In this document: positions 7,805 through 16,281 of the stretch, piece by piece
Layout of the letters: each line of letters begins with the position of its first letter
Numbering within the stretch: position 1 is the stretch's first letter
Virus record (IMG/VR): IMGVR_UViG_2600254997_000022
Reading direction: 5' to 3' (one strand)
From: a virus
Lineage: Duplodnaviria > Heunggongvirae > Uroviricota > Caudoviricetes
DNA: 20,766 nucleotides
The notes under the pieces: generated by a model
Databases searched by the model: none
What the model was told of the DNA's origin: nothing
The model's input: the letters and a program-made list of their open reading frames with translations, nothing else
Position numbers and translations under genes: made by a program

Positions 7805-9114
7805 CCCTTAAGTTTTGCCTGATAGTAACTTTCCGGCAGATAGCCATGTGCGGTCACATAATCCTTAACCAGTGAAGGATCCTGCAACAGCATTTTGGTA
7901 TCAGTTTCTTCGTCCTTTGATTTGGTTACAGGAATACCGAGCCCGGCAATCTGTCGTTTCTGCATTCGAATAATTACGTCCTGCGCTTTATTCAACTCTC
8001 GCAAAAATGCCTCATTGCTGGTTGCTGACTTAATGCCATTTTGAGATTGCATAAGGGCAGCCCTTTCCCCTTCGGTTGGGTTAGAGCCAAAAGTCCCTTT
8101 GAGGCTAGGCAGAATAACCTTTAGGTTGTATTCATCAGCTTTGGCGCGTAGGCTTCGTGTGTCTTCTGCTACATCAGGAAGGAATCCAAACCCCAGCGTC
8201 AGGGGGTTATAGTTCTGCGAGCGGGTAACGGCCGAAGGATGTTTCCCTACAATTCCCGCCAGTTCATGACCCACTTCAAGCGCAGAGTTCAAGGAGTCGA
8301 TGTTACCTGCAACAGTATTAATTTTATCGTTCATCTTCTCCACTTTCGCCTGCTGTACTTTGCTCAGTTCAGCATTGAGCTTGTCTCTCTCGATGTCATT
8401 TTGAGCACGTCCAAGTCGTGCTTTCAGAACCATTTCTCTCGTGCGTAGTTGGTTATCGGATAGGACTTTGAACTGCTCCATATCGAGACGCCGATTACCC
8501 AGTTCCGCATTAACCTGAGCATTATATGCAGATGTATCTGCGTTCTGCTGTGCAATGCTCTGCCCTTGCTGCTTCTCTTGAACACTAAAGTAACTATTTG
8601 GATCAGCATGGAGGTGGATGAGGTCAGTGATTCTGTTGAATTCCTGTGGGTCATTCTGCCAAGACTGATAAACCTCTTCAGCAGGAAGACCAAATCGCTG
8701 TAATACTGGATTTGCCTGCTGAATGGCCTTCTGCATGGTCAGTGGATCTCCAGTTTGTGACGCAAGACGCAGATTCATGGCAGCGTCAGCGGTCTGTCGA
8801 TTTTGCTCAGCATCAATGAATCCCATCTGTTTTTGAGAATCAGCCATAAACTGGGGATACTGGGCCATTAACTTCTGCACGCCAACACGATCATTATTAG
8901 CTACCGCACTACCCAACCGTGCCTGATATTCTTTTAGCTGCTGGGAAATTTGCGCCTGCTGATTAATCTCAGCAACGCCTCTTAGCCCCTGTAGCGCCAT
9001 TAAACCTACGTTTGGCTGCTGCTGATACTGCACAGGCTGAGGAACGGAAGAACGAGGAGCATTATCATTTTGCGGTGCCATGCTAGGCAGCCCGCCAAGT
9101 TGCCATGTCGCCAT
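7795..9114 (-). CDS. Gln/Ala-rich coiled-coil protein, 439 aa; ejection/internal-virion-like
   Basis: Start overlaps the upstream stop (TAATG) and its stop overlaps the next start, so it is translationally coupled. Q/A-rich, low-complexity composition. Assignment is by composition and gene order only. Confidence 0.55.
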   Translation of the reverse strand: MATWQLGGLPSMAPQNDNAPRSSVPQPVQYQQQPNVGLMALQGLRGVAEINQQAQISQQLKEYQARLGSAVANNDRVGVQKLMAQYPQFMADSQKQMGFIDAEQNRQTADAAMNLRLASQTGDPLTMQKAIQQANPVLQRFGLPAEEVYQSWQNDPQEFNRITDLIHLHADPNSYFSVQEKQQGQSIAQQNADTSAYNAQVNAELGNRRLDMEQFKVLSDNQLRTREMVLKARLGRAQNDIERDKLNAELSKVQQAKVEKMNDKINTVAGNIDSLNSALEVGHELAGIVGKHPSAVTRSQNYNPLTLGFGFLPDVAEDTRSLRAKADEYNLKVILPSLKGTFGSNPTEGERAALMQSQNGIKSATSNEAFLRELNKAQDVIIRMQKRQIAGLGIPVTKSKDEETDTKMLLQDPSLVKDYVTAHGYLPESYYQAKLKGWQ

Positions 9115-9791
9115 TAGAATCCAAGCCCCCCAACAAGACCAATAAGCCCACCACCAATAGCCCCGGCGACATTACCTATACCCGGAACAACGGAACCAAG
9201 TTGCGCACCCGCTAAAGCGCCTGATGCCGCCCCACCAATACCACGCGCAAGACTGGATGGCTGCTGCGCCTGACCTGCACGAATAGCGCCAAGCCCCTGC
9301 AAGAGTTGTCCGGTATTATTGGCGTAGTTTTGCCCTGCTGTTGCCTGCCCTGATGCCGCATTCATCCCGACATTTAGCAGGTTTCCATAATTTTGCATTT
9401 GCCCACTGAGCCAATTGTTATAAAGCATGGGCGCAATGGAAGATAACTGGTTACTGGTAGCTGTTGAGCCAAGCCCCCCGGTAGCTTCTGCTGAGACAAG
9501 GTTCTGATAACGGGCCTGATCTGCCTGTGTTTTATATAAACCAGAACCAAAGAAATCATTCGCGGCTTTATTCTGCCCTTCCAGAGTCATCAGTCCTTGT
9601 AGTTGTTGTAAAGCAGGCAATCCGACTTCTGCATACGGCTTGAGATTATTCATCACCGTATTCCACTGCTCGCGCTGCAAATCAATTGCCTGCTGCTGGG
9701 CCTTCGCCTGAGCTTTAGAGGCACCACCATCACCGCCTTTTTCGTATACGGCACGATTGAGATATTTATGAGCTATATGGGTAATTAACAT
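9114..9791 (-). CDS. 225-aa protein with Gly-zipper C-terminus; ejection/internal-virion-like
   Basis: Start overlaps the upstream stop (ATGTTAA). C-terminus GIGGAASGALAGAQLGSVVPGIGNVAGAIGGGLIGLVGGLGF is a glycine-zipper/membrane-like segment. Confidence 0.55.
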   Translation of the reverse strand: MLITHIAHKYLNRAVYEKGGDGGASKAQAKAQQQAIDLQREQWNTVMNNLKPYAEVGLPALQQLQGLMTLEGQNKAANDFFGSGLYKTQADQARYQNLVSAEATGGLGSTATSNQLSSIAPMLYNNWLSGQMQNYGNLLNVGMNAASGQATAGQNYANNTGQLLQGLGAIRAGQAQQPSSLARGIGGAASGALAGAQLGSVVPGIGNVAGAIGGGLIGLVGGLGF

Positions 9792-10246
9792 TCGCTGAAT
9801 TCCTTATATTGTTGCCGAGTTAACTGATAAAGCATTACGCCGACGGGTTTACCACATCTGATATAAGCATCATCAAGGTGACCAACACGGGTAGCGCCAA
9901 GCAAACGGATAATTGCCCGTCCGTATTTGGTGGTGTCAGGAACCATGGTAATGCTGTTAAGGAATGGTGAGTTTTCGAGAAGCCATTTGCAGAATAATCG
10001 ATGCCCTTGCAGTGCATATTCACCACGGAATCCGGGGTCGTACACCGCATGGCATTCAACAATGTTATGCCAGAAGTTACGCACTTCATGAACGCCAGCC
10101 AGCACCAATCCTTCGTAGATACCGAGATATACCGCATCAGGCTTGATGTAGTACGTGTGCCCCGGCTCAACAATATTTTCGGTATTGCCAGGCTCGTTAA
10201 GAAAGGCCTGTAATCGCACAGGGTTATCAATAAATTTTAGTTCCAT
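9785..10246 (-). CDS. hypothetical protein, 153 aa
   Basis: First large ORF of the coupled operon; starts 16 bp downstream of the small upstream ORF. No domain recognised. Confidence 0.55.
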   Translation of the reverse strand: MELKFIDNPVRLQAFLNEPGNTENIVEPGHTYYIKPDAVYLGIYEGLVLAGVHEVRNFWHNIVECHAVYDPGFRGEYALQGHRLFCKWLLENSPFLNSITMVPDTTKYGRAIIRLLGATRVGHLDDAYIRCGKPVGVMLYQLTRQQYKEFSEC

Positions 10247-10262
10247 GCGATGCCATCCATTT

Positions 10263-10424
10263 TCACATACAGCCTGCCAGCGCCTTATCTATTAACCCTC
10301 GTGCAATTTCATGCAGAGTTGGCGCTACTCCAATTCCTGATTTTTTACGCTGCTCTTCCTGAATTTTCTTTATCGCTTCCATTTGCTTCTCACTTATCAA
10401 TACCGGCTTTACTGAAATAGCCAT
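10263..10424 (-). CDS. small protein, 53 aa, possible ribbon-helix-helix DNA-binding fold
   Basis: Below the ORF-track size cutoff; found by manual translation: MAISVKPVLISEKQMEAIKKIQEEQRKKSGIGVAPTLHEIARGLIDKALAGCM. GGGGG RBS 5 nt upstream. A strand-helix-turn-helix pattern is plausible but unverified. Confidence 0.35.
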   Translation of the reverse strand: MAISVKPVLISEKQMEAIKKIQEEQRKKSGIGVAPTLHEIARGLIDKALAGCM

Positions 10425-10437
10425 AACGCCCCCTTAG

Positions 10438-10463
10438 AACTGTATAAAACAACAGTTATTATA
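10438..10463 (-). promoter_or_regulatory. LexA-box-like operator AACTGTATAAAACAACAGTT adjacent to a perfect TATAAT -10
   Basis: CTGT-N8-ACAG at 10438-10457. On the minus strand TATAAT (10463..10458) directly precedes the box, which is followed by the RBS and the ATG at 10424. Confidence 0.5.
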
Positions 10464-10517
10464 GTTTCATAAATCGCAACATTCATCATCGTAATTGCAA
10501 AATATGAAACATATAGC

Positions 10518-10552
10518 ACAAAAAAATGCCACCGCTCAGTAGCTGGTGGCAT
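10518..10552 (-). terminator. strong intrinsic terminator between the replication module and the downstream operon
   Basis: 8-bp stem ATGCCACC/GGTGGCAT with an 11-nt loop, followed on the minus strand by a run of six T. Confidence 0.55.
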
Positions 10553-10872
10553 CGTTCTGTGTGTCAGGTTTTGACAGGTTTTTTATGGACTCTAAAAACT
10601 ATATTTATGGTGTCGCATTACTCTTCACGGCAGGCGCTTTTCAGTTCTGCCCTTGCTTCTGGCTCCATTGGTAATTTGATTCGCGATCAGCTATGCGGAT
10701 GGTTTGCTGAACAGGCATAACAACTTCTCAAGGGCTGTTTTCTGAACTACGAAAATTTCGTAGTGCTCACTTTCAAAAACGTCACGCCCTTGTACACAGG
10801 ATTTTACGAAAGTCTCGTAAAACACTCTCTGATGCCAGCCAGGTGTTGTGCGCATCAATTCAGTCACATTGT

Positions 10873-10974
10873 GTTGGTTCAAAATACCGTGTTGTTGGTT
10901 CAGTGTTGGTTCAATAAAAAGAATAAAATCCTTATAAAACAATACCCTTTATAAATTGAACCAACTGAACCAAC
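10873..10974. repeat. iteron array B: GTTGGTTCA at 10873, 10894, 10905 and tandem TGAACCAAC at 10957, 10966
   Basis: Begins 26 bp after the primase stop. Inverted, ~75% identical copy of module 1045-1165, including the shared spacer AATTT(A/G)TAAAG(G/A)GTATTGTTTT. Confidence 0.75.
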
Positions 10975-10999
10975 ACCTTTTCTACGCACATGAAGAAGC

Positions 11000-13759
11000 T
11001 CATTCTTCAGATGAGTTGTAATCTCCTGGCTGGTAATTGAGTACATAAACGTTTATTTGTCGTCCCTGAATACGTGGTGATTTTCTTTGGTATCCACGAC
11101 CGCTGTTTGGTGGGGTTAGCATCCCGGCTTTTTTCAACACTTCAGCAAACTGTTTTGCGTTGAAACCACATGCGATCTCCTTTTCAAATGTGGCCGGGAA
11201 TGTGTAGAAAATCATTGGGCTTTCGTCATGTTCTCCACGCTGACGGTATCCGGCTAAATCTTTGATGGGCAAATCTGCCGGGCTGTATGGAAATGGTGCA
11301 AAACGGCTAAGCCCATAGGCATTAAGAAATGCCTCCGTTTGTTCAATAATCTGCTGATGTTCTTTGTTACCTGTGCCGAACTCGCGCAACCATGCGTTAT
11401 AGCTGTGCTGTATCGCATCACGGCATGTCTGAGCATCCCAGCCTGTTACAACCTCGCCTAACAGCAATGCGGCCTCCAGAATGGCAAATCGCGCGGCTAC
11501 ACGGTGAACCTGCTCACCATAATCGGATGGGATCAGACTTCTCCATCTGCTTTCGCGGTCACGAACAGTTTTAATTGCCTGTTGCTGGTGGTCTGCCAGC
11601 CATTTAATCCACTCACGCCCGGCTGCGCCGTGGTGATGCTGGTAAGCGTCTTTCAGTGCGTCTGCGTGCTGTTTTCCGTTCTGGTAATCGTGAAAGCGTA
11701 CTGCTTTACTCAACGGAATATTCAGCAGTCGCACCAGTTGCCCGGCTTTGGTTTTTCGCCCGGAAGTAGCGATAAATGTTTCTAAATCCATTTCTCCGGT
11801 GCTGATTGCCACTGTACGCCAGCGTTTTAGATCCCGGTTTCCACCATCTTTAGCGCCTTGCAGTTTCCCTACACCGTTAAATAACGCATAGGCAGACTGT
11901 GAAACACTGACAGGATCAGCGCCCTGACCAACTTCATCAAGCGGCATTAGTCCGTCATTGTGGGCGGCAGCTTCATTTGCCAGCCCCAGCGCGGTTCCGT
12001 ACCACGTCAGCCGCAGTAAATCAGGGTTGCCGTATAAGCTGCTCGCCACGTTTGCCGTGGTGGTCTTACCTGCGCTCGACTGCTCATAGAAATGAATGCC
12101 GAACCCGTCAGCGCCCACCAGCCCAATCAATGGCGCTGCCAGTGCTGCGCCGATCCCGGTCATCATTGAATAGTTACCAAAGGCCAGACGCGCCACGTTA
12201 TCACGCCAGCTTTTCGCGCTCCCTGAGACGGTATATCCGGCTGCGGCTGAGCTTCTCCCGCTGAACAGCACAGGATTTTCAGGTGTTCCGATGATTTCCC
12301 CATCAGGCATGATGTACGCTCCGCATTGCCAGCCAGTGGCATGAGCAACACGCCACAATTCACGAGAGCCACTGCGTTGTAGCCAGTCTGCCAGTATTGC
12401 TCTGAGGCTGCTTTTGGTCGTGACATTTACCCCACCAGCTTTAAGTGTGCGCCATCCTTCACGTTCACCAATATCAGCCAGTGGAATGGCAGCGGTTGTC
12501 GGCGTTTCAGAACCAAACGACAGCCAGCGAAGAATGAGATACTGGTCTTTATCGTCTCTGCCAGTACCGATAACGCTTAACGGAGAACATAACCAGCTTT
12601 CGTTATTGATGATTTCTCCACTCTGGCTGTCAGCTCTCGGAGATACCCAATAAATACCATCCTCGCGGCTTTCTATTCTTGGTTTCAGTGGGTCGGTATC
12701 CATAACCTTAAAATCGCTTCCCTCAATGGTCTGTGGCTCCTGTTTCACGCCATTACCCTGTGGTTGGTACATTGACTTATTGAACGCTTCTGTGGCGCAT
12801 TTAATGCCGTGTTTTTGGTGGTAATCATTCCAGTCTGCTTTGTGATCTGTCGGGGGTAATGCCACCCATCCAGAAACAGATAAAGCTGCTTTTTCTGCTG
12901 CTCTTCTCCCCGTGTTTTGTCTTCCTTCGCTGTGGTCGTTATCCGCAGCAATGATGATTTGTGCTGAAGGAAATTTATCCCGCAGTACCTGGGCGACATA
13001 TAACAGGTTCCCGGCATCAATCGCCGCCACTGTCAGCGCCTCTGGGCGAATTAAATGGGCAGATAATGCCGTTGCCAGCCCTTCTGCGATTAAGATGCTC
13101 TGTGTTGTTTCTGGTGCGTTTATGGCGTGATATGCCCCTCGCTTTGCTGAACCTGTCAGGAGTCTTTTTTCACCATGTGAGGTAATAGTCTGTGCTGCTG
13201 TGACTGCGCCGGATTTATCCACCAGCGCCAGCAACAGAGATCCATCGGGCAACACGGGGAATGTAAAATCACCTACCCCTTTCGCAACCAGATAATCAGA
13301 TTTGCCGTTTACAGCCTTTCTGCGCATGTCATCAAACTGACGGGAAAACGTATCCCGTCTTTGTTGTTCGTCCTTCTCTGCCCTTTTCAGGCGCTCCTGT
13401 TCGCGTCGCTGGCGCTTGGTTTCCAGTTGTTCCCGTTTCTGGCTGGTGGCTTCTGGTGTTTCCGTTGTCCGGTAATCAATACCCAGAACATCAGCGGCAA
13501 GAAGCGCCGCCTCTGTTGTGTCGCAGTTATTTACGCGTTTAATTAAATCCAGCCCATCACCAGCGCCGCACTGATTACAGATGAAGCTACCGCGCCCGTT
13601 GTCATCGAACCGGAATCGATCTTTTCCCCCACATGCAGGGCAGGGAGCATGACGGCGCGGAGAGTCAGGGACATTTATGTTCAGGCAGCCCAGCACATGA
13701 GGCCAGTTGTTTTCAGACGCACTGATAACCTGACGGATAAGATCAATGTTTCGCATCAC
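11000..13759 (-). CDS. primase-helicase (zinc-ribbon + TOPRIM + P-loop NTPase), 919 aa
   Basis: Zinc ribbon CPACGG..FICNQCG near the N-terminus, TOPRIM-like LIAEGLATA...AADNDH, Walker A SSAGKTT. The first codon at 13759 is GTG; the ATG at 13756 is the likelier start. Confidence 0.85.
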   Translation of the reverse strand: MMRNIDLIRQVISASENNWPHVLGCLNINVPDSPRRHAPCPACGGKDRFRFDDNGRGSFICNQCGAGDGLDLIKRVNNCDTTEAALLAADVLGIDYRTTETPEATSQKREQLETKRQRREQERLKRAEKDEQQRRDTFSRQFDDMRRKAVNGKSDYLVAKGVGDFTFPVLPDGSLLLALVDKSGAVTAAQTITSHGEKRLLTGSAKRGAYHAINAPETTQSILIAEGLATALSAHLIRPEALTVAAIDAGNLLYVAQVLRDKFPSAQIIIAADNDHSEGRQNTGRRAAEKAALSVSGWVALPPTDHKADWNDYHQKHGIKCATEAFNKSMYQPQGNGVKQEPQTIEGSDFKVMDTDPLKPRIESREDGIYWVSPRADSQSGEIINNESWLCSPLSVIGTGRDDKDQYLILRWLSFGSETPTTAAIPLADIGEREGWRTLKAGGVNVTTKSSLRAILADWLQRSGSRELWRVAHATGWQCGAYIMPDGEIIGTPENPVLFSGRSSAAAGYTVSGSAKSWRDNVARLAFGNYSMMTGIGAALAAPLIGLVGADGFGIHFYEQSSAGKTTTANVASSLYGNPDLLRLTWYGTALGLANEAAAHNDGLMPLDEVGQGADPVSVSQSAYALFNGVGKLQGAKDGGNRDLKRWRTVAISTGEMDLETFIATSGRKTKAGQLVRLLNIPLSKAVRFHDYQNGKQHADALKDAYQHHHGAAGREWIKWLADHQQQAIKTVRDRESRWRSLIPSDYGEQVHRVAARFAILEAALLLGEVVTGWDAQTCRDAIQHSYNAWLREFGTGNKEHQQIIEQTEAFLNAYGLSRFAPFPYSPADLPIKDLAGYRQRGEHDESPMIFYTFPATFEKEIACGFNAKQFAEVLKKAGMLTPPNSGRGYQRKSPRIQGRQINVYVLNYQPGDYNSSEE

Positions 13760-14114
13760 CGTACCCCACGTGGTCTATAGCGTTTGCGATATGGCTAACC
13801 AGCATCTGCCACTTGGTTATTCCGTAATCAGTCAGCATGCCATCATTGTTTAGCCACATATCAAATTCAGCGGTTGTCGCAAGTTTCCACTGATCGCCGT
13901 GGACAGTTCTCATTGCTGGGTACATGAATGCGCAAATCAGATCACAAACATCTGACGGCTTCAGAGATGTAGTAATGGTGCGTCCCTCTGGCGTCTGAAT
14001 TGCCATTTTCTCTTCACCAGTAGAATGAAGGTTATGAATCCACACAGCACCAGCAATCTTTGCCACCTGCTCTCCGATTGCGGAGCTAAGCGCCATTTCT
14101 GCATTTTCACGCAT
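13743..14114 (-). CDS. hypothetical protein, 123 aa
   Basis: Overlaps both neighbours by 8-17 nt (translational coupling); protein-like composition. Confidence 0.55.
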   Translation of the reverse strand: MRENAEMALSSAIGEQVAKIAGAVWIHNLHSTGEEKMAIQTPEGRTITTSLKPSDVCDLICAFMYPAMRTVHGDQWKLATTAEFDMWLNNDGMLTDYGITKWQMLVSHIANAIDHVGYGDAKH

Positions 14115-14448
14115 GAGAACCTCCCGCTACAGTTGCGCCCATGTCATTAACCATGCTTTGCCATATCTCACGCCCGACGTCAGTCAATCCGTCCTTATTG
14201 ACGCAACGCTCAAGAAGCTCGATCCCCACGGTTTCCCACTGCGGGTAGAACACTTTCATGGCTGCCAGTGTGTAGCTATCGATCAGGCTGCGAACGCCTT
14301 TTACTCCATTGACGATTTCCACACGTACGGCCTTGCCGTCCGCATCAACCATGAAATAGTCCCCGTCGCTGGTGGAGGTAATGTGGTTATACAGTGCCGA
14401 CGCATACTTATTTGCCAGCGCATTCAGTCGGAAATTTTTAGTAATCAT
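14107..14448 (-). CDS. hypothetical protein, 113 aa
   Basis: Coupled to the downstream ORF by an 8-nt overlap; no domain recognised. Confidence 0.55.
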   Translation of the reverse strand: MITKNFRLNALANKYASALYNHITSTSDGDYFMVDADGKAVRVEIVNGVKGVRSLIDSYTLAAMKVFYPQWETVGIELLERCVNKDGLTDVGREIWQSMVNDMGATVAGGSHA

Positions 14449-14458
14449 GGCTCCATCC

Positions 14459-15061
14459 TCAGTGCGTCACTGGTTCCGCTGGCATGCCGTTTTCATTCAG
14501 TTCAGCTATAAAGCTGTTGTGAAGTTCAGCAAGCGTTTCACGACCAAATGGAGTCAGTGCTCCTTGTTCCACATCCATCATGGCTCTGTAGAAAATGATG
14601 GCGCGTTCTGTGCCAGACTCGATGCCAAAACGTTCTATCATCGCGCCCTCAATGTTGTTTGCCATAGCGAGACGCTCTGCTACTGGATACAGCGGCATGG
14701 CGACGATGCCGTTGGAATAAACAGCCACTTCGGAAGGATTGCCAGTATCATCAATGATGCTGACAGTGCCGTTTTCCTCTCTCATTTCCAGCATGAATAC
14801 TGTTGCGATCAGCCATCTCCACATAATGACGTTATGCTGTGATGTGTAATCGAAATATCCCTGGTTGCCGCCATCGGCAATAGCGAGATGTATTGACATA
14901 CCTTCATCTGGTTTATCGTCATAATCCCCGGCATCCAGACGATTTACGGCATCAATATATGAGACGGCCTCAACGCGTTCTGTCATGCCATCGTTGCTGC
15001 GGTACATGATGTTTACGCCGTCAGGCGTTGCTTCTGCATGGAACGTTAAGAAATTATTCAT
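14459..15061 (-). CDS. acidic hypothetical protein, 200 aa (ORF extends to 15166)
   Basis: The ATG at 15061 overlaps the upstream stop (15054-15056) and is preceded by GAGG; the longer ORF would overlap the upstream gene by 113 nt. Confidence 0.55.
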   Translation of the reverse strand: MNNFLTFHAEATPDGVNIMYRSNDGMTERVEAVSYIDAVNRLDAGDYDDKPDEGMSIHLAIADGGNQGYFDYTSQHNVIMWRWLIATVFMLEMREENGTVSIIDDTGNPSEVAVYSNGIVAMPLYPVAERLAMANNIEGAMIERFGIESGTERAIIFYRAMMDVEQGALTPFGRETLAELHNSFIAELNENGMPAEPVTH

Positions 15062-15275
15062 GTTTCGCCTCGCCTGAATGATTCTGTAACTCATATTTGC
15101 CCAACAATTCGTCCGCTTCCTGAATAGCTTCTGGTACGCCATTGAGCAGTGACATAACCGCGCCAATCATTAACTTGTCTCTGTTGCTGGGGCTGGCCCC
15201 TTCAAGCCAGAACCCTAAAACAGTCTGAACCTGTTCGATGCGACATTGCGCTTCGATGAGCTGGATGTTGGTCAT
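15054..15275 (-). CDS. hypothetical protein, 73 aa
   Basis: ATGA overlap with the upstream stop; GGAGAG RBS. Confidence 0.55.
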   Translation of the reverse strand: MTNIQLIEAQCRIEQVQTVLGFWLEGASPSNRDKLMIGAVMSLLNGVPEAIQEADELLGKYELQNHSGEAKHE

Positions 15276-15535
15276 TTCGCACTCTCCGCATCGATTAAAC
15301 TGATATCTATCAGAGAGGTAACTTTTTGTAGCCAGCTAGTGATTACTGTCGCCTGTTCCCCTCCCACCGATGGAAGAATCTCATTCATCACATGAACCAG
15401 ACCTGTGCGCGCTCTGGTAAGCCGTTCAGTCGTGCGATCTGCAAGAGTGAATGTGTCTGGATATGGCTCTTCACGGCTCAGCAATGATTCAATTTCCAGC
15501 TCACACGGATGACGATAAATTAAGTTGATATTCAT
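15272..15535 (-). CDS. hypothetical protein, 87 aa
   Basis: ATGA overlap with the upstream stop; GGGGGTG RBS. Confidence 0.55.
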   Translation of the reverse strand: MNINLIYRHPCELEIESLLSREEPYPDTFTLADRTTERLTRARTGLVHVMNEILPSVGGEQATVITSWLQKVTSLIDISLIDAESAK

Positions 15536-15726
15536 TTTTCACCCCCAAGAATTACCAGCTCTGCACGGGCATCGTTAACCAAAGATGAGCACGCTTTAAT
15601 CGCATCCACGACATCAACAGCGTCCATTTCTTCAGCCGAAAGATTGACAGCAACCAGGACAGCCGCTGCTTGCTCGATTAATTGAAGTGCGGACGTAAGT
15701 CGATGGGCATTAATTGAGTTATTCAT
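15532..15726 (-). CDS. hypothetical protein, 64 aa (ORF extends to 15783)
   Basis: The internal ATG at 15726 overlaps the upstream stop and is preceded by GGGGG. Confidence 0.5.
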   Translation of the reverse strand: MNNSINAHRLTSALQLIEQAAAVLVAVNLSAEEMDAVDVVDAIKACSSLVNDARAELVILGGEK

Positions 15727-15937
15727 TGGTTGCCCCCGTTTTTCCTGGCATTTCGCCACCTTCCAGCAGGAAATGAACGTCACGAACGGCGAGATCCAAT
15801 ATCGCGAGTAACGCCTTCAGTCTTTCGTCTCGTGAGGGAGAGTTGCTCACCAGAATGTCGTTAATCACTTCTGTCAGTGTGATGATCTGGCTTGTGCGTT
15901 CGAGGGGATCCATATGCACATCGTAGGTTTTAATCAT
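15719..15937 (-). CDS. hypothetical protein, 72 aa
   Basis: ATG at 15937..15935 is preceded by GGAGGTG and lies 3 nt after the upstream stop. The 5' extension of this ORF to 16351 is not protein-like. Confidence 0.5.
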   Translation of the reverse strand: MIKTYDVHMDPLERTSQIITLTEVINDILVSNSPSRDERLKALLAILDLAVRDVHFLLEGGEMPGKTGATNE

Positions 15938-16124
15938 GTGCCACCTCCATGCGGATACGACCAGCAAAAAAGCAGACGTGATCGCGCACCAGAGAACGGC
16001 GAGCATCGCGTTCAGACTCGGCAGCAATATGATGAATTTTGGCGGTAATTGTCGGGTAATCGCGGCGAACTGCGGCGATAATCCAGATAAATTGCGGTTT
16101 TTGGGTAGTGGTAGTAGCCAGCAT
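15930..16124 (-). CDS. hypothetical protein, 64 aa; first gene of the small-ORF operon
   Basis: AAGGAGG RBS 7 nt upstream of the ATG; preceded by a ~160-nt structured leader. Confidence 0.5.
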   Translation of the reverse strand: MLATTTTQKPQFIWIIAAVRRDYPTITAKIHHIAAESERDARRSLVRDHVCFFAGRIRMEVAHD

Positions 16125-16281
16125 GTGGCAGCCTCCTTGTACTGGGAATTCTTCCCACCACCGGAGCTGCGAAACTCGCTGGTGGTGGACTGAACAGAGT
16201 TCGCAGTACCGGCGTACAAGGAAACCGGCCAGCCTTTCGGCTGCCCTGTCCAGCCCACCATAATTTTACAAGCGACGCGGA

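Noticed and set aside
10585-10674. 29-aa hydrophobic plus-strand ORF (MDSKNYIYGVALLFTAGAFQFCPCFWLHW) as a type I toxin-like peptide
   Set aside because: No convincing RBS, and the shared MDS start with the ORF at 16454 is explained by the conserved TTTTATGGACT DNA motif; kept only as a remote possibility.
10691-10942. 83-aa minus-strand ORF across iteron array B
   Set aside because: It runs through the iteron repeats, has no RBS, and is most likely a chance open frame in the origin region.
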